Shown here piece after piece: positions 13,217 to 26,400 of a DNA stretch of 64,000 nucleotides (the stretch's first letter is position 1; each line of letters opens with the position of its first letter). A program made the translations under genes and the position numbers. Under the pieces are notes generated by a model. It saw only the letters and a program-made list of their open reading frames with translations. It did no database searches and was not told the DNA's origin. Where the stretch lies: NCBI GenBank assembly GCA_030390025.1, contig CM059432.1:83888001-83952000 (forward strand), in the 5' to 3' direction. The DNA is from Squalus acanthias. Its lineage: Eukaryota.

Positions 13217-14030
13217 GAACCTGCACCTCACAACTTGAGCCATCTCTCAGAAATTGCCCCATGCCATTCCACTATGCGTGGAGGGGTTTCCTGTACAGGC
13301 TGCTCCTGCACACTCTCCACTTCATCACTCTCATCGTCCATCCGGACTTGGCATGCCATCTTGCCATCCAACGGAGGCAGGGGACTCCAGGGCACTCTAC
13401 GCGGGAGTCCTGCCCTGCATCATTCGGTATCTGGGGTGGAGAGTGTTGCACGGAGCAGTTCTGTCCAATAGGTTTTTAAAGTTATTTTACGGACTCCCAG
13501 GCCGCCTGTAACTTTTGTGGCCTGGACGAGACCGTTTTACATATTTTTGCTCAATGTCAGAGGTTGTAGCCCCTCTTCCAAATATTTGAAGGGGCTGTTG
13601 CTCCACTTTTGGCACCACTTTAGTCCCACGCTCCTGATCTTTGGCCACCCGGTGCAGAGGGAGGCAGGCAAGTTGGAGGAGCTCCTCGTGGGTCTGCTCC
13701 TGTGCCTGGCCAAGGAGGTCATCTACAGGTCCAGGCTGGACGCGGGACGTGGGGGTAGTCATTCTGGCTGCCTGCCTCTCTTCCGCAGTCTTGTCTGTGC
13801 CCGGGTGGTCTTGGAGAAGGAACACGTGGTGTTCGCCGGTGTGTTTGAGGCCTTCCACGACCGGTGGGCACCGCAGGGACTGGAGTGTATACTGGACACT
13901 GGAAATAATATTATTATTTATGTTTATAAGTTTCCTATTTTTATGGTTTAGTTGTGCCCCTCTGAAAAGGGGTCATTTTTGCTTGTTTTTTGTTTGATGC
14001 CAGTGTCTCCTTATTGGTTTATTTAGAAAA
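13217..14030 (+). mobile_element. Tx1/L1-clade LINE 3' end (zf-RVT-like C-terminus)
   Basis: YLGWRVLHGAVLSNR followed by CNFCGLDETVLHIF.QC (zinc knuckle), then LLVGLLLCLAKEVIYRSR...FEAFHDRWAP and a T-rich 3' UTR. Confidence 0.8.
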
Positions 14031-14693
14031 GGAATACCCTGCTGCTAATTTTCTTAATCTGTCACAATTGTTCCCATTGTCATGAGTTTGTAGGTAAGTG
14101 CCTATGGTGTGTGATTGTACAAAGGTAGATTGAGACCAAAACTAGACCCACCACTGACCCTGGGAACACTATTTCCAACATTTCTCCAATCCAAGCAACA
14201 CCCAATAGCCATAACTATTTATTTCCTGTCTGTCAAACAACGTTCTATCTATGCTGCTACATTTCATCTTAAACTATATGCTGGAATTTTTATAATTAGC
14301 TTCATGTGAGACAACTTCTAGAAATCCATATACAGTACATAGTTGCTAACCATGTGCTTTTGGAGTGGCCTCTAGGGTGAGTAAATGTCTTAAAATTACC
14401 AATAGTTTTTAATACAGTATTAATAATTTAACAAAAAATACTCATCCCAGAATGCTGGTAAAGCTATCAACATTGCCTTCAGCAGAGATGGACTCTATGC
14501 TCACTCTGTAAAGAAAATTTGACAGTTTTTCTAACATCTTCTTCTGGTATTGCTGCCATTCTGAGGCTGCTTTCCTCAGCTTCACAACATCAGGGCAGCA
14601 CTAGCTGTGGAGAATAGTATGGTACAATCCAGCACAATGTGAGTGGCCACCGGGTTTACAGAGCAAGCCCTAAGCAAATGGCCGCTACACGCC

Positions 14694-15030
14694 TAGGGTT
14701 GCCAACCCTCCAGGATTGCCCTGGAGTCTCCAGGAATTGCTGCAAGCGTCCTGGGAGAAAAATCATAGGAGAACTAAACAGAATTGTGTTTTGTTTCATT
14801 TTCTTTGAGCACTTTCATTTATTAGCTATAAAAATATTGGAGATGGGGATAAAGGCTGTTTCACTAACAGTCGAGATAATCCAATTGGGTAGCAAAGAGT
14901 CTATTCTCTTTCCAATTGATGTGGGAAGGCAGTGTGCCTGGAGGATGGAGTGTGGTGGCAGGGCGGTTCGAAGCAGGAGGTCATGTGATGAAATCTTCAG
15001 GAATACACCCAACCAGAGTTGGCGACCATG
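14694..15030. mobile_element. hAT-type MITE
   Basis: Left terminus TAGGGTTGCCAAC; degenerate right terminus GTTGGCGACCATG; TSD not seen. Confidence 0.6.
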
Positions 15031-16334
15031 GTGGGCTGGAAAAACTGACTATCCATTCCAAAAGAATATGATTGCCCCACTGAGGTCATTGGTTTTCAGT
15101 TTTCAAGGAAAACAAACTGAATTGAGGAATATGACTCCAAACGAATAAAAATCCTGAATCCAATGTGATAAAAAGCAATTTAAAATATTCCGTTATTTTG
15201 AAGCTATGGCCTTGGTCATTGGCCTTTATTCGGGGATGCTTTTCAGTTGTACATTGTTTTTTGAGTTGTCAACTGTTCTGGGGATGTGTCAGGTTTTTTG
15301 AAGCTGCTTGTCAGCTTTTCTGAGTTTTATCGGTTTTATGGCAATGTGTATTGAAACGTAACTCTGTGGTAAGTTTCTGTATCTCATTTTGGATTTTTTG
15401 TGATAGATTTTAAGTTGGAGACTTTAAAAAAATAATAACGTGTCCAGTATCAATGGGAGTTTTGTGTTTGCTTCAAGAAAGCCTCAGTGACATGGTTATG
15501 AGACTGCAATATCCTGGGTCCCTGTTTGTTCAGCATGCATGACTAACAAAAAGTAAATAAACACCACAGAGTCAGCCAAGGGTTTAAATATTTTTCTCAT
15601 TAATTACATTTGCCTTTGTTCTAATCAGTGAGCTCACTGTGGACTTTTTATTTAAAGCAAACAAAGAATGTTAGTGGGAAACAAATACTATACACAATAG
15701 CTTGGAATTACTATTTTTCCTTTATTTACTTATTCTGCACTTGATTCTGTGAATTTTTACAACTGGATATACTATTTGTGATGTTGATAATGTTAACTTT
15801 CATAGCCTGTTTAGTATGTCCAATAGATCTCACATTTGTATATCTGCTAAATCCAATGTCTGTTTGGATTACTAATAAGGTCTTTAAACACTCTTTTATA
15901 TTGATGCGAAAGATGCTGGAAGAATGACACTGAAGCAAGACACCTCCAACTTCCTGAGTGCTGCTCTCCTGGCTTGCCATTGTACTGCTGATCACTATCA
16001 AACCTGTTGGGTCTGCGTTTTTGCCTCTAGCAGCCACGCTTGAGACCCAATAGATTTTGGGTCCTGAAACTATCAAAGGTGTTGAACTCCCCCTTTTTAT
16101 ATTAACAGTGTGCCATCACCTTTTGTAGTACTATGCACCTGCAGCTGGCATCAGACTAAACAGTTTCTGTAGCAGAATTGCTCAAAAAGTGGTTCTGCAA
16201 TATAGCCCAAGTCTGGTAATGCTGGAATCCATCCCGTTTATATTATGGGGCTGATTCTACAGCATCGGACAAACCAGCATGTACAGATGTTTGAAGGCCA
16301 TGCTTTGTGAGTTTTTACATGGTTATTGAACAAG

Positions 16335-18780
16335 AACAACAACTTGTAGTTACATAGCGCCTTTAACGTAATAAAACATCCCAAGGCGCTTCACAAGCGT
16401 TATGCAAAAAACCCCAAAATTTGACACCGAGCCATATAAGGAGATGTTAGGGCAGATGACCAAAAGCTTAGTCAAAGAGGTAGGTTTTAAGGAGCGTCTT
16501 AAAGGATGAAAGAGAAGTGGAGAAGCGGAGAGATTTAGGGAGGGAATTCCAGAGCTTAGGACCTAGGCAGCTGAAGGCACAACCGCCAATGGTGGAGCAA
16601 TTAAAATCAGGGATGTTCAAAAGGCCAGAATAGGCGGAGCACAGAGATCTAGGGGGATTGTAGGGCTGGAGGAGATTAGAGGTAAGGAGGGGTGAGGTCA
16701 TGTAGGGATTTGAAAACAAGGATGAGAATTTTAAAATCGAAGCGTTGCTTAACTGGGAGCCAATACAGGTCAGCAAGCACAGGGGAGATGGGTGAGCGGG
16801 ACTTGGTGTGAGTTAGGACATGGGTGACAGAGTTTTGGATGACCTCCAGTTTATGGAGGGCAGAACTAGGGAGGATGGCCAGGAGTGCTTTGGAATAGTC
16901 AAGTCTAAAGGTGATAAAGGCATGGGTGAGGGTTTCGGCAGCAGATAAGTTGAGGCAAGGGCAGAGACGGGTGATATTACGAAGGTGGAACTGGGCGGAA
17001 TTAGTGACAGAACGCATACAAGGTAGGAAGCTCAATTCGTGATCAAATATGACAACAAGGTTGTGACAGACTTGGTCAGCCTTAGACAGTTGTCAGGGAG
17101 AAAGATAGAATCAGTGGAAAGGGAACGGAGTTTGTGGCGTGAACCGAAGACAATGGCTTCGGTCTTCCCGATATTTAATTGGAGGAAATTTCTACTCCAT
17201 CCAGTGCTGGATGTTGGACAAACAGTCTGATAGTATATAGACGTTGGAGGGGTGGAGGAGAGGTAGAGCTGGATATCATCAGCTTACATGTGAAAACTTA
17301 CGTTGTTTTGCCGGATGATGTCACCGAGGGGCAGCATGTAGATGAGAAATAGGAGGGGGCCAAGGATAGATCCTTGGGGGACACCAGAGTTGACGATGCA
17401 TGATTGAGAAGAGAAACCATTCAGATAATTCTATGGCTATGGCTGGAAAGATAGGAATGGAACCAGGTGAGTGCAGTCCGATCCAGCTGGACGATGGTGG
17501 AGAGGAGTTGGAGCAGAATTTTGTGGTCAACCATGTCAAAGGCTACAGACAGGTCGAGAAGGATGAGAAGGAATAGTTTACCTATGTCACAGTCAATGTC
17601 ATTTGCGACCTTGGTAAGAGCCATTTTGGTTCTGTGGTGGGGTGGAAGCCTGATTGGAGGGATTCAAACAAGGAGCTCTGGGAAAGATGGGCACGGATTT
17701 GGGAGGCGACAACACATTCAAAACTTTGGAGAGGAAAGGGAGGTTGGAGATGAGGTGATAGTTTGCAAGGACGGAGGGGTCAAGGGTTGTTTTTTTGAGG
17801 AGAGGGGTGATGACGGCAGATTTGAAGGAAAAGACGACAATACCGGAGGAGAGAGGACCGTTAACAATATCCGCTAACATGGGAGCCAGGAAGGGAAGTT
17901 GGGTGGTCAGCAATTTAGTAGGAATAGGGTCGAGAGAGCAGGAGGTCGGTCTCATTGACAAGATCAGCTTTGATCAGAATAAGAGGGCACCCTTTTAAAT
18001 CGGAAATGAGGAGGAATTTCTTCTCTCAGAGGGTCGTGAATCTTTGGAATTCTCTTCCCCAGAGAGCTGTGGAGGCTGGGTCATTGAATATATTTAAGGT
18101 GGAGATAGACAGATTTTTGAAAGGTAAGGGAGTCAAGGGTTTTGGGGAGTGGGCAGGGAAGTGGAGTTGAGGCCAAGATCAGATCAGCCATGATCTTATT
18201 GAATGGCGGAGTAAGCTCGAGGGGCCAAATGACCTACTCCTGCTCCTACGTCTTATGTCTTATGAATGGGCAAGAGGGGAGATAGGAGAGAAACTAGAGA
18301 AATATGCAAATTAGGGTTAGGGCAGGGGGAAAACATAGAGGAACTAAGGCCAGGTGGGCATGGGGAAGGGAGGAAAGTAGCAGAGGCAGTTGAATGGATT
18401 TTGTTGATCTTTTAAACAAAGAAATCCATGAGCGTCTCATATTTATTGTTGGAGGCGAGGGAGGAGGAGGCAGGGGAGGGTGGACTGAGAAGAGGCTTAG
18501 TGGTAGAGAAGAGAAGCCTGGTGTTACTTTTGCCATCCTGGATGATCTTAGAATAGTGGGCAGTTTTAGCGATGGAGAGCATGATCCGGTAGTGCTTTGT
18601 ATGATTGAGCCAAATCTGGTGATGGATGATTAGACCAGTTGTCCGCCAAAGACGTTCAAGTCTGCGTCCCTTGGACTTAAGGGAGCGGAAATGAGGGGTA
18701 TACCGGGGGAACAATTAGGGTGAGAGAGTGTAATGATTTTAGCGGTGACAAGGGCATCAAAGGTGGTGGAGAGGGACGAC
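16335..18780 (-). mobile_element. L2 LINE ORF2 3' portion with nested CR1 fragment
   Basis: CSLDPIPTKLL...NYHLISNLPFLSKVL, LLDLSVAFDMVDHKILL, RLDYSKALL, GGCAFSCLGPKLWNSLP; 3' tail at ~16335-16395. Confidence 0.9.
17975..18265 (+). mobile_element. CR1 3' end inserted in the L2
   Basis: IRGHPFKSEMRRNFFSQRVVNLWNSLP...GKWS* plus 3' UTR and TCTTATG tail. Confidence 0.88.
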
Positions 18781-19199
18781 ACTAATTTAAATATATGTAT
18801 ATATGCTAGCATGTGGGAAAGCATAGTGCTGCAAGGTAAAGGCAGAATGAACTGCTTAGTCCACCAGCAGTCAGAATAGATAGGCCTCTTCTACCATCAA
18901 CACTTATACTTGCTGCTGTCTCTGGAGATTCTGAAAAATGCCATTTTTTCCAGAGGGGTCTTGGTATCTTTGGAGGTGCTGCCTAACTTACAGGTCAGCA
19001 ACCAAAGTTAGGGCTACTGTTGACGACAGTAATTTAAAGAAGGCACAACATTCCAAACTCAGCAGTTATGCCTGGACTCTGAATTTGCCCAGACACACAT
19101 CAAAGCTTGGTCTCAAACCTGACGCAACTCGGTCTCCTGATAAACTAAACAGGTACTCAAGTTCCACTTATTAATCTCCTGTCTTGTCCAGCATTTTGG

Positions 19200-20832
19200 C
19201 TGCTGCACCGGACCGGAGCCCATTACTTCTATTTCTCCCTTTTATCTTCTTTTCTCTTTAGCCACTCCTAGGCCCTTTCTCCTATCGTTATGCCTCCTTT
19301 CATTTCTCCCCTCTCAGGTAATCTGCCCCCCCCCAAATACCTCTCCCAACCCTTCACCACTCCTCGACCTTCCTACTCTCGTACCGCCATCCCAGGCTTG
19401 ACTCCCTCTTGGACAAGCCTATAGCTTCCCTCTGCGGCTCTGTTGGCATCCTCCAAAAGGCCCACTGTGGCACTCGTCACTGCCTCCTCACGATCAGCAA
19501 CCCCATCTGCCCCATCCTACTCTCTCACCGACCTTCCCGCCCAGCGCGCCTGCTGGAGGCTAATCTTGCCAATCTCCTTCCTGTCCCATTCACCTCTCCC
19601 ATGCCGATCCTGTGGACTCTGCCAGCAGATCAGCTATTACTGACCTCCCTCCAGAATGTCCGTTCACTTGTGAATAAGGCTCTTGCCATCCATGAGCTTA
19701 TTGTGGATGATTGCATCAACATCATGGCCTTGATGCAAACTGACGGGTGGTGATACCTTCCCCCTTAATGAAGCCTCCCCGCCTGGATATACCTTCCACA
19801 ACCTGCCCTGCCCAGACCACCACATTGACGGTATGGCCTTTCTCACCAAAATACACCTGGTGTGTCTCCCTACTCCTCTGGCACCTTCTCCTCCTTTGAG
19901 CATCGCACCCTGTTCCACCCCTATTGCCTCTCCTTTAAAATACTCATTCTCTACCGCCCACCCAAATACCACTCCAAGGCCGGAATTTTGCCGGTCCTCA
20001 GAGTGCAGGATTGGAGGCGGGACCGCTGTCAACCCACCTCTAATCAATCTTCCCAAGTGTCGGGTCCCCGATTTGCACATGGACCCAACACCTAGCGGCG
20101 GGAAGAGGATTATAGCCACTTACCTGGCTGTTAACAGGTACTTGATAATTGTTAACAGGCTCTTTTTCAATTTTGCCGCTTCTGCCTCGGGTTCCCCGAT
20201 GTCCGGACACCACGCCAGGTTAGTGTGGCGTGTTGTGAGTCTGCTGTAATGTTTTTGCATTGATGACAGCTGCAGAAGTGGTGTGAAGGATCCAATGGTG
20301 CACTGGTGAGTTTCAGAGGTAAGAAAATGTTGGGAAAATAATTTTTAATGCATTTACACTTTTCTGTAGGTAACAAGGTTTGAATTGGCTGTCTAGTGCC
20401 ACCTCATTGGGAGAACCTCTCTCACCAGTGACAGATCGCTTCTGTAACCTCACCTGCAGCTGCCATCTGTTCTAGCCTAAGGAGGGAGTCACAGGAGAGC
20501 CTGGGTGCAAGAGCTCACCTTTGTATAGTGATTGCCAGTGTTTGCAGAACCTCAATGCTGTCAAACACTGAGAAATGAGCTGTCAAAGAAAAATTGTGCA
20601 TGGTCCCTTTAAGAAAACCGGCAGATGACGGATCATCAAATGACGTCATCTGACCGGCTTCCTCTTAATTGGCTGGCAAGCCTGCAGGGTGGGCTTAACA
20701 AGGCCAGTCGACGTAAAATCACCTCCGGGAGCCGGATGCAGTTGGGGGCGGGACCGGAAGCCGGAAACCAGCTGACCTGCTCCCAAGCCGCATCCATTTG
20801 CAAAATCGCAGCCCAAGTTTCTCACTAAGATA
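19200..20832 (+). mobile_element. L2 LINE 5'/endonuclease fragment split by a MITE
   Basis: SLQNVRSLVNKALAIHELIVDDCINIMAL, SFEH, ILYRPPKYHSK; continues as TTTCTCACT after the MITE. Confidence 0.75.
19978..20813. mobile_element. Non-autonomous Harbinger-type element
   Basis: Termini GGCCGGAATTTT / AAAATCGCAGCC; TSD CAA on both sides. Right subterminal region is an inverted homologue of ~33990-34150. Confidence 0.85.
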
Positions 20833-20835
20833 TAT

Positions 20836-21931
20836 GGGGGGAAACATTCAGTTGCTTTGCGCCTCCTGTGTAATGGGGCGCAAAGCACCTAGCGGCCAGG
20901 CGGGGCACCACTAACGCCTCCCGCGAAATTCAGCAGGAGGTTAGCGGTGGCGGTAGCCAGTAGCGCCCCGCGGCGCCGCGCCTATGGCAATGATGTCATC
21001 GCCGTGCGCAGTGCCCCAGCCGCAAACTTGGCTCGCGCCCCCTGACCTACCGCCGGATGCTATGTTCGACAGGGTCAGGGTGGCGCAAATTAAAGGGCAG
21101 GTGCCGGGCGGCCATTTAGCTGGCGGGTTTCATGAGACCGGCAAAACATAGAAACATAGAAAAATAGGAGGAGTAGGCCATTCGGCCCTTCGAGCCTGCT
21201 CCGCTATTCAATATGATCATGGCTGATCCTCCATCTCAATACAATATTCCCACTCTCTCCCCATACCCCTTGATGCCTTTTGTGTCTAGACACAAACCCG
21301 ACCAGCCAGAGTTAAATTTAAAATGGTGGTTAAATCTGAGGCACGCCAGCCTCATTATAATATTTAAAGGGTCGTCCTGCAAGGCCATCTGCAGTGTTCC
21401 CCATGGAAAGTCCGCAGATTTCCACCAGCCATGCTGCAGCCACTGGATAGTACTGCATAGGAGCACTAGAATAGGCAAAGGAACACGAAAGACAGACACG
21501 TTAAGGGAATGCACAAGGGTGATTAGTTGACTTTGTTATGTCAGATTCGAAATAATCATTTATAAATTATGTTTGGAATGTTTGTTTTGTGGTGGCTTTC
21601 ATTTCAGCTTTATGCTCAAGAGGACGCTGTATAGTTCTGTGACAGAGGAATGGTAAGGTGGGGAACTGTTGAGTAACAGGGATCTTGGGTTTGATTCATT
21701 GTAACCGGAGTCTGATGAAGCGCTCATGGACAGCCCATCCGGAACAGGGATTTGCTGCCTGCCTCCTCCCTTCCTCCTCCTCCTCCTCCTGAAGTGGTCG
21801 CAGAACCCGTGGTACCAAGGTCCTCATAATAGCCAAGTTGTGGAGGATGCAGCAGACCACCATGAAATGAACCATTTTTTTGCCAAAACCGGCCTTAACT
21901 GCTGTCGCTAAGGTGCCGAATTTAGTGGCCA
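20836..21931. mobile_element. Composite Harbinger relic(s) with nested CR1 tail (21146-21290, minus)
   Basis: Minus-strand transposase C-terminus VVCCILHNLAIMR...EEEEEE...HERFIRLR (21696-21880); right end AATTTAGTGGCC; CR1 3' UTR in reverse orientation inside. Confidence 0.65.
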
Positions 21932-22099
21932 AGATTGGCGTCTCTTTGACGTTCGATAGTCTTTAGCTGTTCATTGTCATGGCTTACACATGAATAATGG
22001 CCATTTTGGGTGTAGGCTCTTTGCCAGAGCACAGTTCAGATGAGTCTGTACCTGGGTAATGGCCTTTTTCCTAATTTCAGGTAATGATGGAATTACTGT

Positions 22100-23280
22100 G
22101 CATTTCTAGTGAGGTGATGGTGGTAGACCTTCTCCTTGAACCACTGCAGTCCTAGTACTGATGGTGCTCCCACAATGGTGTTAGGTAAGGAGTTCCAGGA
22201 TGTTGCCCCACCAACAATAAGGAATCACAATATGTATCCAAGTCAGAATGGTGTGTGACTTGGAGGGGAACTTGAAAGTGATGTTCCCATGATAATGCTA
22301 CTTCTCTCCAATTTGGTGGTAGAGGTCACAGGGGAGGCAGGTACTGTCAAAATAACCTTGATGAATTGCTACAGTTCACCTGTAGATTGCACATATTGCA
22401 GCCACAGTGTGCCAGTGGTGTATTCAGTGGCAGGGGCACTAAGCAAGTAAACTGCTCTGTCTTGGATGGTTTTGAGCTTCTTAAGTGTTGTTGCAGCTTT
22501 ACCCATCCAGGCTTGCGGTGATATTCCATCACACTCCTGACTTGAGTACCCAGCTTCTGCCCTGCTCTTGTAGCCATATTTTTGATATGGCTGCTCCAGT
22601 TCAACTTCTTGTCAGTGGTGACCTCAGATGTTGACATTAGGGGATTCGGCGATGGTGGTGCCTTGGAAGGTCATGAGGAGATGGCTTGATTTTCTCTTGT
22701 TCAAGATGGTCATTACCTGGCACTTATGTGGCGCGAATGCTACTTGCCACTTGTCAGCTCAAGCCTGGATGTCATTCGGGTTCTACTGTAGGTATGGGCT
22801 GCTTCATTAATGGAGACGTTGTGAATGGACCTGAACTTTCTGTATTTGTCAGTAAACAGTCCCAGTCCTGATCCAGGACAGGTCATTAATGAAGCAGCTG
22901 AAGATGGTTGGGCCGAGAACTCTTTCTTAAGAACTCCTGCAATGATGTCCTGGAGTTGTGATGACTGGCCTCCGACAACCACAGCCATCTTCCTTTGTGT
23001 TAAGGATGACTCCACTGGAGTCATCCCTGACAAAAAAAAATGGTTGTCGTAGTCCCTTTGACTCCCAATGACCTCAGTTTTTGCTCAAGCTCCTTAGTGC
23101 TATACTCAGTTAAATGCTGCCTTGAAGTCAAGCACAGCTACTCTCACCTCTCTAGCATTCAGCTCTTACATCCATGTCTGGATCAAGGCTGTGATGAGGT
23201 CTGGAGCCAAGCGGTTTGGGTGGAACTCAAATTGGGCATTGGTGAGTAGGTTACTGGTGAGTAGGTGTTGCTTGATGTCT
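22100..23280 (-). mobile_element. LINE RT fragment, same family as 4780-5440
   Basis: VTTDKKLNWSSHIKNMATRAGQKLG...VRSVMEY; MAVVVGGQSSQLQDIIAGV. Confidence 0.65.
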
Positions 23281-23757
23281 ATTTCCATCAGTTCTGACAA
23301 AAGGTCTATACCCAAAATGTTATCTTGTCTCTTGTCTTTACAGATACTAATGGACCTGCTGTATATTTCTACTTTTTCTGTTTTTATTTTCTATATATAA
23401 CTGCTTTCTTAGAGTTAAATCAATTAGTAAAATAGGATAATCATTTTAAAGCATCAGGACAAAAGTGTGCTCAAAAATACACAATAGGAATTCCGTAAGG
23501 GGAGAAAATAAAGTTGTCACTTTTATAATTCAGAAATTCTTTCTAATAATTTTTAAATATATATGCAGAATATGCATATCCCTAGACCTATGGGAAAATT
23601 TGTTACAATGGTTAGATATTAATGTGTAATAATAAAACAACTCTTTCAAAGTTTGCAACCCTGCCAGATTTTCCATGATTCCTTACATCTATTTTATATC
23701 TCAATGTTAAAAAGCATACACTCTTTCAGAAAAAAACAATTTAAATGTCTATAGCTA

Positions 23758-23913
<156 letters not shown>

Positions 23914-24353
23914 TCAATCAATAAATGTGGAACCTGAGGGAATTGTAGTTAAGTGCTACTGTGTCATGACCCAGCTTTCCACATTACTCACTGAAGGACT
24001 TAAAGTCAAAGTCTGAGACCAGCATAATCTATTGCTAAGTCAGTCATCAAATGAGATAATGCTTATAGGTGATAGTAGATTAATGCTTGGTGGTTACTAG
24101 ATCAGGTTGTATTAACTAATTCATACATTTAACAGATCATTTATCAAGAGAATTAACATTAAAAAATCAATATTCAATAAACTGTTACTGAGAAAAAATT
24201 CCAAAAAGATTTTAAGCTTTTTAGTTCTTTCATTTTCATGCACGGAACCTTCATTGTTATATTAGCCAGTGTAGCATTTATTGGTGCTCATACATCATTT
24301 CCTATGTGGTTTTGTTTTATTTACTTTTAATAGCATCAATACGTCAGTCTTAC

Positions 24354-24496
24354 CTCAAGGTCAGTGTCTGGGGGAGGCGAGGGGTTATTATTTCTCCTGC
24401 CTCTGCCACGTGACTTTCCATCTGAAGCTCTATGCAATCGATCTGATTCTGAATCTTTAATGGGTGTTGATGGACTGTGGATTGTACCAAACTCTC
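24354..24496 (-). CDS. EYA1: EYA1 internal coding exon (143 bp; 140 bp if the tandem acceptor is used), basic linker before the Eya domain
   Basis: tatttcag|GA GAG TTT...CTT GAG|gtaaga; translates [47 protein letters not shown]. Phase 1 to 0. Confidence 0.96.
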
Positions 24497-25065
24497 CTGA
24501 AATACAAAATGACTTTCACCTTCCAACAAAGACAATTGAAGGGTTTTTTCAAGCCACTATGTATGCTGTCATTTCTAAACTTATGGATCCTACAATTTCA
24601 AGAGGGAATAAATTTATGGACCAGGTATCTTTCCGTCAAGATTGTTGGGTAATATAGTGGACTCCTATTACATTCAATTGGTTGTGAAGGACAAAATTAT
24701 GTTTGTAATATTAGCAAATGGATGCTAAATACACTCCAATGAAATTCTGCTTTCTTCCATTGCAATGGATGGGTTAATCAGTTTAAAATAAACGGGCCAA
24801 TGCCTTTGTTAAGATAGCAGAGTAGTTTCATATAAACTTTCATTCGTATGCTAATACTGTCAACAATAATTTCTAGTCTGTGGTTTGTTTTACTTAGATT
24901 GTAATTTGAAAAGTAGTTACCAAGTAAATCTTTATTAGATACAACTCCTCAAGAAAAGTTCAATGAACATTCAATAAGATTTTTATTTACTACGACAGAT
25001 AACCTCTTCTTGTATCTTATTCATCTCTGTAAATATCACATCCTCAAATATCCAAATTCTTTAAG

Positions 25066-25480
25066 TGTCAGCGTGGTTTAGTGGTAGCACTCTCACTTCT
25101 GAATCAGAAGATTGCAGGTAGAAGCCCCAGTATGGACCTAAGTGCATAATCTAGCCTCACATACTAGCTGCATTGTCAGAGGTCCTGTCTTTAGGATGAA
25201 ACCGAGACCTGCATGGCTACACACATGGATATAGAAGATCCCGTAACACTATTCAAACAACAGCAGTAAGTTTTTTTGGTGCTCTGGCCAGTGCTCCTCC
25301 CTCTACCAACACTATCAAAAAAAGCAGATTACTTAGTTATTCATTTACTATTTTTGGGGGCCTGCTGTGCCTCTGTCTACATAACAACAGTAACAGCAGT
25401 TCAAAACAAATCCATTGGATGCAAAGTGCTTTAAGATATTCTAAGGACAGTATAAGGCATTATATAAATGCAAATTCTTT
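25066..25480 (+). mobile_element. Deu-domain SINE, diverged copy
   Basis: Collinear with 27352-27815 over head, AAGATCCC core and TATATAAATGCAA tail. Confidence 0.78.
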
Positions 25481-25569
25481 CTTTTGTCGAAACCAGTTTT
25501 AGGGGTTTCAGAAGGCCCAAATCCAAGGAAGTATTATACTATGCTGCCAGGAATGGAATACATGGGAAC

Positions 25570-26400
25570 TGATTTTCTTATATTCCTTGGGCGCTAACCA
25601 CAGAAAATAAGGATGGAGACCGATTATGGTGGGTCTCTGTCCTCTTTATATTCCCTGAGATTTCTAGGGCCTTCCTCAGGAGGAGAAGACTCTTGGGTCT
25701 ACAAAGGGCAACAATACTTTGTTGCACCTCCACCAAACTTTCTGGACTTGAAGCAATGGCAGGCATTCCAGATGCACCACTCATGGTGCTAGTATCCACC
25801 AATGGCAGGCAAATGAAAGAACTTACCCCTGACGTCAGAATCTTTGGCAGGATGAGTAGAGGAAGAAACAATTGTCGCATCTTGGCATTATGCAGATTTT
25901 TGTGGCCAATATGTTTTTGATATAAAGTCAAGTTCAGGATTCTGAGGGTTAATTCCCAAAGGTCCAATATAGTTTTTATCTGGAGTTACTGAAACAAAGG
26001 GGTGGCTTGGAATATTGATCGACTTGCCCAAAGGGAAACGGGCTAGCCATAAAAGCTGTTATCCACATTAGTTTGAGACAGTGGGGGGGAAGTCATTAGT
26101 ATTGCACATTCCAACATCTCCTAGTGATAGTCGTATTTGTATTGTTCGTATGGTTTCCTTTCATGAAGCCCAACAGGTTGCTTAGTTGAACAAATAAAGT
26201 AGCATGGGACCCACAGCAAAGAGGACAGTAACTCAATGAGACAATTCCAAATACAGAGAGTTAGAGGAGGGTTGGAGATCAAGTTTTTGGCTTCCTCTCT
26301 AGCTGGAAAAAAGGGTAGAGAGGTTTCACTTTCTCTCAAGTTAGAAGAAGGCTGTGACAGACTTCAAGTTGAGGCATAAATGTGTGCGGTCTGTATTAGG
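25570..26400 (-). mobile_element. Highly degenerate Tx1/L1-like LINE C-terminal fragment
   Basis: Reverse strand gives HLEC....QVQKVW resembling the zf-RVT motif; heavily frameshifted. Confidence 0.4.

Noticed and set aside
14639..15148. 169-aa ORF
   Set aside because: Spans a hAT-type MITE; no recognisable domain.
24350..24657. ORF-track ORFs overlapping the EYA1 exon
   Set aside because: Wrong frame or wrong strand; shadows of the real exon.
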